A program made the position numbers and the translations under genes. The notes beneath the pieces are model-generated. The model saw only the letters and a list, made by a program, of their open reading frames with translations. It did not search any database and had not been told where the DNA came from. This document shows, piece after piece, positions 25,080-37,000 of a DNA stretch of 64,000 bases; position 1 is the first letter of the stretch, and every line of letters starts with the position of its first letter. Source of the stretch: Eledone cirrhosa (taxonomy: Eukaryota); the NCBI GenBank assembly GCA_964016885.1, contig OZ024756.1:1736001-1800000 (forward strand). The letters run 5' to 3'.

Positions 25080-28000
25080 CATCTATGAAGTGTGCAGTGT
25101 CAGTGATCTGGTCCTCTGTCTTGCTGTCTTCAGTTCAACTATGAAGTGTGCAGTGTCAATGATCTGGTCCTCTGTCTTGCTGTCTTCAGTACATCTATGA
25201 AGTGTGCAGTGTCAGTGATCTGGTCCTCTGTCTTGCTGTCTTCAGTTCATCTATGAAGTGTGCAGTGTCAGTGATCTGGTCCTCTATCTTGCTGTCTTCA
25301 GTACATCTATGAAGTGTGCAGTGTCAGTGATATGGTCCTCTGTGTTACTGTCTTCAGTACATTTATGAAGTGTGCAGTGTCATTGATCTGGTCCTCTGTG
25401 TTGCTGTCTTCAGTACATTTATGAAGTGTGCAGTGTCAGTGATCAAGTCCTCCGTCTTGCTGTCTTCAGTACATCTATGAAGTGTGCAGTGTCCGTGATC
25501 TGGTCCTCTGTCTTGCTGTCTTCAGTTCATCTATGAAGTGTGCAGTGTCAGTGATCAGGTCCTCTGTCTTGCTGTCTTCAGTTCATCTATGAAGTGTGCA
25601 GTGTCAGTGATCTGGTCCTCTGTCTTGCTGTCTTCAGTTCATCTATGAAGTGTGCAGTGTCAGTGATCTGGTCCTCTGTCTTGCTGTCTTCAGTTCATCC
25701 ATGAAGTGTGCAGTGTCAGTGACCTGGTCCTCTGTCTTGCTGTCTTCAGTTCATCTGTGAAGTGTGCAGTGTCAGTGATCTGGTCCTCTGTCTTGCTGTC
25801 TTCAGTACATCTATGAAGTGTGCAGTGTCAGTGATCTGGTCCTCTGTCTGGCTGTCTTCAGTTCATCTATGAAGTGTGCAGTGTCAGTGATCTGGTCCTC
25901 CGTCTTGCTGTTTTCAGTACATCTATGAGGTTTGCAGTGTCAGGGATCTGGTCCTTTGTCTTGCTGTCTTCAGTTCATCTATGAAGTGTGCAGTGTCAGT
26001 GATCTCGTCCTCTGTCTTGCTGTCTTCAGTACATCTATGAAGTGTGCAGTGTCAGTGATCTCGTCCTCTGTCTTGCTGTCTTCAGTACATCTATGAAGTG
26101 TGCAGTGTCAGTGATCTGGTCCTCTGTCTTGCTGTCTTCAGTACATCTATGAAGTGTGCAGTGTCAGGGATCTGGTCCGCTGTCTTGCTGTCTTCAGTTC
26201 ATCTATGAAGTGTGCAGTGTCAGAGATCTCGTCCTCTGTCTTGCTGTCTTCAGTACATCTATCAATTGTGCAGTGTCAGTGATCTGGTCCTCTGTCTTGC
26301 TGTCTGCAGTTCATCTATGAAGTGTGCAGTGTCAGTGATCTGGTCCTCTGACTTGCTGTCTTCAGTACATCTATGAAGTGTGCAGTGTCAGTGATCTAGT
26401 CCTCTGTCTTGCTGTCTGCAGTTCATCTATGAAGTGTACAGTGTCAGTGATCTGGTCCTCTGACTTGCTGTCTTCAGTACATCTATGAAGTGTGCAGTGT
26501 CAGTGATCTGGTCCTCTGTCTTGCTGTCTTCAGTACATCTATGAAGTGTGCAGTGTCAGTGATCTGTTGCTCTGTCTTGCTGTCTTCAGTACATCTATGA
26601 AGTGTGCAGTGTCAGTGATCTGGTCCTCTGTGTTGCTGTCTTCAGTACATTTATGAAATGTGCAGTGTCAGTGATCTGGTCATCTGTCTTGCTGTCTTCA
26701 GTTCATCTATGATGTGTGCAGTTTCAGTGATCAGGTCCTCTGTCTTGCTGTCTTCAGTTCATCTATGAAGTGTGCAGTGTCAGTGATCTGGTCCTCTGTC
26801 TTGCTGTCTTCAGTTCATCTATGAAGTGTGCAGTGTCAGTGATCTGGTCCTCTGTCTTGCTGTCTTCAGTTTATCCATGAAGTGTGCAGTGTCAGTGACC
26901 TGGTCCTCTGTCTTGCTGTCTTCAGTTCATCTGTGAAGTGTGCAGTGTCAGTGATCTGGTCCTCTGTCTTGCTGTCTTCAGTACATCTATGAAGTTTGCA
27001 GTGTCAGGGATCTGGTCCTCTGTCTTGCTGTCTTCAGTTCATCTATGAAGTGTGCAGTGTCAGTGATCTCGTCCTCTGTCTTGCTGTCTTCAGTACATCT
27101 ATGAAGTGTGCAGTGTCAGTGATCTCGTCCTCTGTCTTGCTGTCTTCAGTACATCTATGAAGTGTGCAGTGTCAGTGATCTGGTCCTCTGTCTTGCTGTC
27201 TTCAGTACATCTATGAAGTGTGCAGTGTCAGGGATCTGGTCCGCTGTCTTGCTGTCTTCAGTTCATCTATGAAGTGTGCAGTGTCAGTGATCTCGTCCTC
27301 TGTCTTGCTGTCTTCAGTATATCTATGAAGTGTGCAGTGTCAGGGATCTGGTCCGCTGTCTTGCTGTCTTCAGTTCATCTATGAAGTGTGCAGTGTCAGT
27401 GATCTCGTCCTCTGTCTTGCTGTCTTAAGTACATGTATGAAGTGTGCAGTGTCAGTGAACTGGTCCTCTGTGTTGCTGTCTTCAGTACATTTATGAAGTG
27501 TGCAGTGTCAGTGATCTGGTCCTCTGTCTTGCTGTCTTCAGTTCATCTATGAAGTGTGCAGTGTCAGTGATCTGGTCCTCTGTCTTGCTGTCTTCAGTAC
27601 ATCTATGAAGTGTGCAGTGTCAGGGATCTGGTCCTCTGTCTTGCTGTCTTCAGTTCATCTATGAAGTGTGCAGTGTCAGTGATCTGGTCCTCTGTCTAGC
27701 TGTCTTCAGTTCATCTATGAAGTGTGCAGTGTCAGTGATCTGGTCCTCTGTCTTGCTGTCTTCAGTTCATCTCTGAAGTGTGCAGTGTCAGTGATCTGGT
27801 CCTCTGTCTTGCTGTCTTCAGTTCATCTATGAAGTGTGCAGTGTCAGTGATCTGGTCCTCTGTCTTGCTGTCTTCAGTTCATCTATGAAGTGTGCAGTGT
27901 CAGTGATCTGGTCCCCTGTCTTGCTGTCTTCAATTCATCTATGAAGTGTGCAGTGTCAGTGATCTGGTCCTCTGTCTTGCTGTCTTCAGTTCATCTATGA

Positions 28001-31000
28001 AGTGTGCAGTGTCAGTGATCTGGCCCTCTGTCTTGCTGTCTTCAGTACATCTATGAAGTGTGCAGTGTCAGTGATCTGGTCCTCTTTCTTGCTGTCTTCA
28101 GTTCATCTATGAAGTCTGCAGTGTGAGTGATCTGGTCCTCTGTCTTGCTGTCTTCAGTACATCTATGAAGTGTGCAGTGTCAGTGATCTCGTCCTCTGTC
28201 TTGCTGTCTTCAGTACATCTATGAAGTGTGCAGTGTCAGTGATCTGGTCCTCTGTCTTGCTGTCTTCAGTTCATCTATGAAGTGTGCAGTGTCAGTGATC
28301 TGGTCCTCTGTCTTGCTGTCTTCAGTTCATCTATGAAGTATGCAGTGTCAGTGATCTCGTCCTCTGTCTTGTTGTCTTCAGTACATCTATGAAGTGTGCA
28401 GTGTCAGTGATCTGGTCCTCTGTCTTGCTGTCTTCAGTACATCTGTGAACTTTGTAGTGTCAGTGATCAGATCCTCTGTCTTGCTGTCTTCAGTACATCT
28501 ATGTAGTGTGCAGTGTCAGTGATCTGGTCCTCTGTCTTGCTGTCTTCAGTACATCTATGAAGTGTGCAGTGTCAGTAATCTGGTCTTCTATCTTGCTGTC
28601 TTCAGTTCATCTATGAAGTGTGCAGTGTCAGTGATTTGGTCCTCTGTCTTGCTGTCTTCAGTACATCTGTGAAGTTTGTAGTGTCAGTGATCAGGTCCTC
28701 TGTCTTGCTATCTTCAGTACATCTATGTAGTGTGCAGTGTCAGTGATCTGGTCCTCTGTCTTGCTGTCTTCAGTACATCTGTGAAGTGTGTAGTGTCAGT
28801 GATCAGGTCCTCTGTCTTGCTGTCTTAAGTACATCTATGTAGTGTGCCGTGTCAGTGATCAGGTCCTCTGTCTTGCTGTCTTCAGTACATCTATGTAGTG
28901 TGCAGTGTCAGTGATCTGGTCCTCTGTCTTGCTGTCTTCAGTACATCTATGAAGTGTGTAGTGTCGGTGATCAGGTCCTCTGTCTTGCTGTCTTCAGTAC
29001 ATCTATGAAGTGTGCAGTGTCAGTGATCTGGTCCTCTGTCTTGCTGTCTTCAGTTCATCTATGAAGTGTGCAGTGTCAGTGATCTGGTCCTCTGTCTTGC
29101 TATCTTCAGTACATCTATGAAGTGTGCAGTGTCAGTGATCTGGTCCTCTGTCTTGCTGTCTTCAGTACATCTATGAAGTGTGCAGTGTCAGTGATCTCGT
29201 CCTCTGTCTTGCTGTCTTCAGTACATCTATGAAGTGTGCAGTGTCAGTGATCTGGTCCTCTGTCTTGCTGTGTTCAGTTCATCTATGAAGTGTGCAGTGT
29301 CAGTGATCTGGTCTTCTGTCTTGCTGTCTTCAGTACATCTATGAAGTGTGCAGTGTCAGTGATCTGGTCCTCTGTCTTGCTGTCTTCAGTACATCTATGA
29401 AGTGTGCAGTGTCAGTGATCTGGTCCTCTGTCTTGCTGTCTTCAGTACATCTATGAAGTGTGCAGTGTCAGTGATCTGGTCCTCTGTCTTGCTGTCTTCA
29501 GTACATCTATGAAGTGTGCAGTGTCAGTGATCTGGTCCTCTGTCTTGCTGTCTTCAGTACATCTATGAAGTGTGTAGTGTCAGTGATCTGGTCCTCTGTC
29601 TTGCTGGCTTCAGTACATCTATGAAGTGTGCAGTGTCAGTGATCTTGTCCTCTGTCTTGCTGTGTTCAGTACATCTATATAGTGCGCAGTGTCAGTGATC
29701 TGGTCCTCTGTCTTGCTGTCTTCAGTACATCTATGAAGTGTGCAGTGTCAGTGATCTGGTCCTCTGTCTTGCTGTCTTCAGTTCATCTATGAAGTGTGCA
29801 GTGTCAGTGATCTGGTCCTCTGTCTTGCTGTCTTCAGTACATCTATGAAGTGTGTAGTGTCAGTGATCTGGTCCTCTGTCTTGCTGTCTTCAGTTCATCT
29901 ATGAAGTGTGCAGTGTCAGTGATCTGGTCCTCTGTCTTGCTGTCTTCAGTACATCTATGAAGTGTGCAGTGTCAGTGATCTGGGCCTCTGTCTTGCTGTG
30001 TTCAGTTCATCTATGAAGTGTGCAGTGCCAGTGATCTGGTCCCCTGTCTTGCTGTCTTCAGTTCATCTATGAAGTGTGCAGTGTCAGTAATCAGGTCCTC
30101 TGTCTTGCTGTCTTCAGTACATCTATGAAGTGTGCAGTGTCAGTGATCAGGTCCTCTGTCTTGCTGTCTTCGGTACATCTATGAAGTGTGCAGTGTCAGG
30201 GATCTGGTCCTCTGTCTTGCTGTCTTCAGTACATCTATGAAGTGTGCAGTGTCAGTGATCTGGTCCTCTGTCTTGCTGTCTTCAGTACATGTATGAAGTA
30301 TGCAGTGTCAGTGATCTGGTCCTCTGTCTTGCTGTCTTCAGTTCATCTATGAACTGTGCAGTGTCAGGGATCTGGTCCTCTGTCTTGCTGTCTTCAGTAC
30401 ATCAATGAAGTGTGCAGTGTCAGGGATCTGGTCCTCTGCCTTGCTGTCTTCAGTACATCTATGAAGTGTGCAGAGTCAGGGATCTGGTCCTCTGTGTTGC
30501 TGTCTTCAGTACATTTATGAAGTGTGTATTGTCAGTGATCTGGTCCTCTGTCTTGCTGTCTTCAGTTCATCTATGAAGTGTGCAGTGTCAGTGATCTGGT
30601 CCTCTGTCTTGCTGTCTTCAGTTCATCTATGAAGTGTGCAGTGTCAGTGATCTGGTCCTCTGTCTTGCTGTCTTCAGTTCATCCATGAAGTGTGCAGTGT
30701 CAGTGACCTGGTCCTCTGTCTTGCTGTCTTCAGTTCATCTGTGAAGTGTGCAGTGTCAGTGATCTGGTCCTCTGTCTTGCTGTCTTCAGTACATCTATGA
30801 AGTGTGCAGTGTCAGTGATCTGGTCCTCTGTCTGGCTGTCTTCAGTTCATCTATGAAGTGTGCAGTGTCAGTGATCTGGTCCTCCGTCTTGCTGTTTTCA
30901 GTACATCTATGAAGTGTGCAGTGTCAGGGATCTGGTCCTCTGTCTTGCTGTCTTCAGTTCATCTATGAAGTGTGCAGTGTCAGTGATCTGGTCCTATGTA

Positions 31001-34000
31001 TTGCTGTCTTCAGTTCATTTATGAAGTGTGCAGTGTCAGTTATCTGGTCCTCTCTCTTGCTGTCTTCAGTTCATCTATGAAGTGTGCAGTGTCAGTGATC
31101 TGGTCCTCTGTCTTGCTGTCTTCAGTACATCTATGAAGTGTGCAGTGTCAGTGATCTGGTCCTCTGTCTTGCTGTCTTCAGTTCATCTATGAAGTGTGCA
31201 GTGTCAGTGATCTGGTCCTTTGTCTTGCTGTCTTCAGTTCATCTATGAAGTGTGCAGTGTCAGTGATCTGGTCCTCTGTCTTGCTGTCTTCAGTTCATCT
31301 ATGAAGTGTGCAGTGTCAGTGATCAAGTCCTCCGTCTTGCTGTCTTCAGTACATCTATGAAGTGTGCAGTGTCAGTGATCTGGTCCTCTGTCTTGCTGTC
31401 TTCAGTTCATCTATGAAGTGTGCAGTGTCAGTGATCTGGTCCTCTGTCTTGCTGTCTTCAGTACATCTATGAAGTGTGCAGTGTCAGTGATCTGGTCCTC
31501 TGTCTTGCTGTCTTCAGTTCATCTGTGAAGTGTGCAGTGTCAGTGATCTGGTCCTCTGTCTTGCTGTTTTCAGTACATCTATGAAGTGTGCAGTGTCAGT
31601 GATCTGGTCCTCTGTCTTGCTATCTTCAGTTCATCTATGAAGTGTGCAGTGTCAGTGATCTGGTCCTCCGTCTTGCTGTTTTCAGTACATCTATGAAGTG
31701 TGCAGTGTCAGTGATCTGGTCCTCTGTCTTGCTGTCTTCAGTACATCTATGAAGTGTGCAGTGTCAGTGATATTGTCCTCTGTGTTACTGTCTTCAGTAC
31801 ATTTATGAAGGGTGCAGTGTCAGTGATCTGGTCCTCTGTGTTGCTGTCTTCAGTACATTTATGAAGTGTGTAGTGTCAGTGATCTGGTCATCTGTCTTGC
31901 TGTCTTCAGTTCATCTATGAAGTGTGCAGTGTCAGTGATCTGGTCCTCTGTCTTGCTGTCTTCAGTACATCTATGAAGTGTGCAGTGTCAGTGATCTGGT
32001 CCTCTGTCTTGCTGTCTTCAGTTCAGCTGTGAAGTGTGCAGTGTCAGTGATCTTGTCCTCTGTCTTGCTGTCTTCAGTTCATCTATGAAGTGTGCAGTGT
32101 CAGTGATCTGGTCCTCCGTCTTGCTGTTTTCAGTACATCTATGAAGTGTGCAGTGTCAGTGATCTGGTCCTCTGTCTTGCTATCTTCAGTTCATCTATGA
32201 AGTGTGCAGTGTCAGTGATCTGGTCCTCCGTCTTGCTGTTTTCAGTACATCTATGAAGTGTGCAGTGTCAGTGATCTGGTCCTCTGTCTTGCTATCTTCA
32301 GTTCATCTATGAAGTGTGCAGTGTCAGTGATCTGGTCCTCCGTCTTGCTGTTTTCAGTACATCTATGAAGTGTGCAGTGTCAGTGATCTGGTCCTCTGTC
32401 TTGCTGTCTTCAGTACATATATGAAGTGTGCAGTGTCAGTGATATGGTCCTCTGTGTTGCTGTCTTCAGTACATTTATGAAGTGTGCAGTGTCAGTGATC
32501 TGGTCCTCTGTGTTGCTGTCTTCAGTACATTTATGAAGTGTACAGTGTCAGTGATCTGGTCATCTGTCTTGCTGTCTTCAGTTCATCTATGAAGTGTGCA
32601 GTGTCAGTGATCTGGTCCTCTGTCTTGCTGTCTTCAGTTCAACTATGAAGTGTGCAGTGTCAATGATCTGGTCCTCTGTCTTGCTGTCTTCAGTACATCT
32701 ATTAAGTGTGCAGTGTCAGTGATCTGGTCCTCTGTCTTGCTGTCTTCAGTACATCTATGAAGTGTGCAGTGTCAGTGATCTGGTCCTCTGTCTTGCTGTC
32801 TTCAGTTCATCTATGAAGTGTGCAGTGTCAGTGATCTGGTCCTCTATCTTGCTGTCTTCAGTACATCTATGAAGTGTGCAGTGTCAGTGATATGGTCCTC
32901 TGTGTTACTGTCTTCAGTACATTTATGAAGTGTGCAGTGTCAGTGATCTGGTCCTCTGTGTTGCTGTCTTCAGTACATTTATGAAGTGTGCAGTGTCAGT
33001 GATCAAGTCCTCCGTCTTGCTGTCTTCAGTACATCTATGAAGTGTGCAGTGTCAGTGATCTGGTCCTCTGTCTTGCTGTCTTCAGTTCATCTATGAAGTG
33101 TGCAGTGTCAGTGATCAGGTCCTCTGTCTTGCTGTCTTCAGTTCATCTATGAAGTGTGCAGTGTCAGTGATCTGGTCCTCTGTCTTGCTGTCTTCAGTTC
33201 ATCTATGAAGTGTGCAGTGTCAGTGATCTGGTCCTCTGTCTTGCTGTCTTCAGTTCATCCATGAAGTGTGCAGTGTCAGTGACCTGGTCCTCTGTCTTGC
33301 TGTCTTCAGTTCATCTGTGAAGTGTGCAGTGTCAGTGATCTGGTCCTCTGTCTTGCTGTCTTCAGTACATCTATGAAGTGTGCAGTGTCAGTGATCTGGT
33401 CCTCTGTCTGGCTGTCTTCAGTTCATCTATGAAGTGTGCAGTGTCAGTGATCTGGTCCTCCGTCTTGCTGTTTTCAGTACATCTATGAAGTTTGCAGTGT
33501 CAGGGATCTGGTCCTCTGTCTTGCTGTCTTCAGTTCATCTATGAAGTGTGCAGTGTCAGTGATCTCGTCCTCTGTCTTGCTGTCTTCAGTACATCTATGA
33601 AGTGTGCAGTGTCAGTGATCTCGTCCTCTGTCTTGCTGTCTTCAGTACATCTATGAAGTGTGCAGTGTCAGTGATCTGGTCCTCTGTCTTGCTGTCTTCA
33701 GTACATCTATGAAGTGTGCAGTGTCAGGGATCTGGTCCGCTGTCTTGCTGTCTTCAGTTCATCTATGAAGTGTGCAGTGTCAGAGATCTCGTCCTCTGTC
33801 TTGCTGTCTTCAGTACATCTATCAATTGTGCAGTGTCAGTGATCTGGTCCTCTGTCTTGCTGTCTGCAGTTCATCTATGAAGTGTGCAGTGTCAGTGATC
33901 TGGTCCTCTGACTTGCTGTCTTCAGTACATCTATGAAGTGTGCAGTGTCAGTGATCTAGTCCTCTGTCTTGCTGTCTGCAGTTCATATATGAAGTGTACA

Positions 34001-37000
34001 GTGTCAGTGATCTGGTCCTCTGACTTGCTGTCTTCAGTACATCTATGAAGTGTGCAGTGTCAGTGATCTGGTCCTCTGTCTTGCTGTATTCAGTACATCT
34101 ATGAAGTGTGCAGTGTCAGTGATCTGTTGCTCTGTCTTGCTGTCTTCAATACATCTATGAAGTGTGCAGTGTCAGTGATCTGGTCCTCTGTGTTGCTGTC
34201 TTCAGTACATTTATGAAGTGTGCAGTGTCAGTGATCTGGTCATCTGTCTTGCTGTCTTCAGTTCATCTATGATGTGTGCAGTTTCAGTGATCAGGTCCTC
34301 TGTCTTGCTGTCTTCAGTTCATCTATGAAGTGTGCAGTGTCAGTGATCTGGTCCTCTGTCTTGCTGTCTTCAGTTCATCTATGAAGTGTGCAGTGTCAGT
34401 GATCTGGTCCTCTGTCTTGCTGTCTTCAGTTCATCCATGAAGTGTGCAGTGTCAGTGACCTGGTCCTCTGTCTTGCTGTCTTCAGTTCATCTGTGAAGTG
34501 TGCAGTGTCAGTGATCTGGTCCTCTGTCTTGCTGTCTTCAGTACATCTATGAAGTTTGCAGTGTCAGGGATCTGGTCCTCTGTCTTGCTGTCTTCAGTTC
34601 ATCTATGAAGTGTGCAGTGTCAGTGATCTCGTCCTCTGTCTTGCTGTCTTCAGTACATCTATGAAGTGTGCAGTGTCAGTGATCTCGTCCTCTGTCTTGC
34701 TGTCTTCAGTACATCTATGAAGTGTGCAGTGTCAGTGATCTGGTCCTCTGTCTTGCTGTCTTCAGTACATCTATGAAGTGTGCAGTGTCAGGGATCTGGT
34801 CCGCTGTCTTGCTGTCTTCAGTTCATCTATGAAGTGTGCAGTGTCAGTGATCTCGTCCTCTGTCTTGCTGTCTTCAGTACATCTATCAATTGTGCAGTGT
34901 CAGTGATCTGGTCCTCTGTCTTGCTGTCTGCAGTTCATCTATGAAGTGTGCAGTGTCAGTGATCTGGTCCTCTGACTTGCTGTCTTCAGTACATCTATGA
35001 AGTGTGCAGTGTCAGTGATCTGGTCCTCTGTCTTGCTGTCTTCAGTACATCTATGAAGTGTGCAGTGTCAGTGATCTGTTCCTCTGTCTTGCTGTCTTCA
35101 GTACATCTATGAAGTGTGCAGTGTCAGTGATCTGGTCCTCTGTGTTGCTGTCTTCAGTACATTTATGAAGTGTGCAGTGTCAGTGATCTGGTCCTCTGTC
35201 TTGCTGTCTTCAGTTCATCTATGATGTGTGCAGTTTCAGTGATCAGGTCCTCTGTCTTGCTGTCTTCAGTTCATCTATGAAGTGTGCAGTGTCAGTGATC
35301 TGGTCCTCTGTCTTGCTGTCTTCAGTTCATCTATGAAGTGTGCAGTGTCAGTGATCTGGTCCTCTGTCTTGCTGTCTTCAATTCATCCATGAAGTGTGCA
35401 GTGTCAGTGACCTGGTCCTCTGTCTTGCTGTCTTCAGTTCATCTGTGAAGTGTGCAGTGTCAGTGATCTGGTCCTCTGTCTTGCTGTCTTCATTACATCT
35501 ATGAAGTGTGCAGTGTCAGTGATCTGGTCCTCTGTCTGGCTGTCTTCAGTACATCTATGAAGTGTGCAGTGTCAGGGATCTGGTCCTCTGTCTTGCTGTC
35601 TTCAGTTCATCTATGAAGTGTGCAGTGTCAGTGATCTCGTCCTCTGTCTTGCTGTCTTCAGTACATCTATGAAGTGTGCAGTGTCAGTGATCTTGTCCTC
35701 TGTCTTGCTGTCTTCAGTACATCTATGAAGTGTGCAGTGTCAGTGATCTGGTCCTCTGTCTTGCTGTCTTCAGTACATCTATGAAGTGTGCAGTGTCAGG
35801 GATCTGGTCCGCTGTCTTGCTGTCTTCAGTTCATCTATGAAGTGTGCAGTGTCAGTGATCTCGTCCTCTGTCTTGCTGTCTTCAGTACATATATGAATTG
35901 TGCAGTGTCAGTCATCTGGTCCTCTGTCTTGCTGTCTGCAGTTCATCTATGAAGTGTTAAGTGTCAGTGATCTGGTCCTCTGACTTGCTGTCTTCAGTAC
36001 ATCTATGAAGTGTGCAGTGTCAGTGATCTAGTCCTCTGTCTTGCTGTCTGCAGTTCATCTATGAAGTGTACAGTGTCAGTGATCTGGTCCTCTGACTTGC
36101 TGTCTTCAGTACATCTATGAAGTGTGCAGTGTCAGTGATCTGGTCCTCTGTCTTGCTGTCTTCAATACATCTATGAAGTGTGCAGTGTCAGTGATCTGGT
36201 CCTCTGTCTTGCTGTCTTCAGTTCATCTATGAAGTGTGCAGTGTCAGGGATCTGGTCCTCTGTCTTGCTGTCTTCAGTTCATCTATGAAGTGTGCAGTGT
36301 CAGTGATCTGTTCCTCTGTCTTGCTGTCTTCAGTTCAACTATGAAGTGTGCAGTGTCAATGATCTGGTCCTCTGTCTTGCTGTCTTCAGTACATCTATTA
36401 AGTGTGCAGTGTCAGTGATCTGGTCCTCTGTCTTGCTGTCTTCAGTACATCTATGAAGTGTGCAGTGTCAGTGATCTGGTCCTCTGTCTTGCTGTCTTCA
36501 GTTCATCTATGAAGTGTGCAGTGTCAGTGATCTGGTCCTCTATCTTGCTGTCTTCAGTACATCTATGAAGTGTGCAGTGTCAGTGATATGGTCCTCTGTG
36601 CTACTGTCTTCAGTACATTTATGAAGTGTGCAGTGTCAGTGATCTGGTCCTCTGTGTTGCTGTCTTCAGTACATTTATGAAGTGTGCAGTGTCAGTGATC
36701 AAGTCCTCCGTCTTGCTGTCTTCAGTACCTCTATGAAGTGTGCAGTGTCAGTGATCTGGTCCTCTGTCTTGCTGTCTTCAGTTCATCTATGAAGTGTGCA
36801 GTGTCAGTGATCAGGTCCTCTGTCTTGCTGTCTTCAGTTAATCTATGAAGTGTGCAGTGTCAGTGATCTGGTCCTCTGTCTTGCTGTCTTCAGTTCATCT
36901 ATGAAGTGTGCAGTGTCAGTGATCTGGTCCTCTGTCTTGCTGTCTTCAGTTCATCTATGAAGTGTGCAGTGTCAGTGATCTCGTCCTCTGTCTTGCTGTC

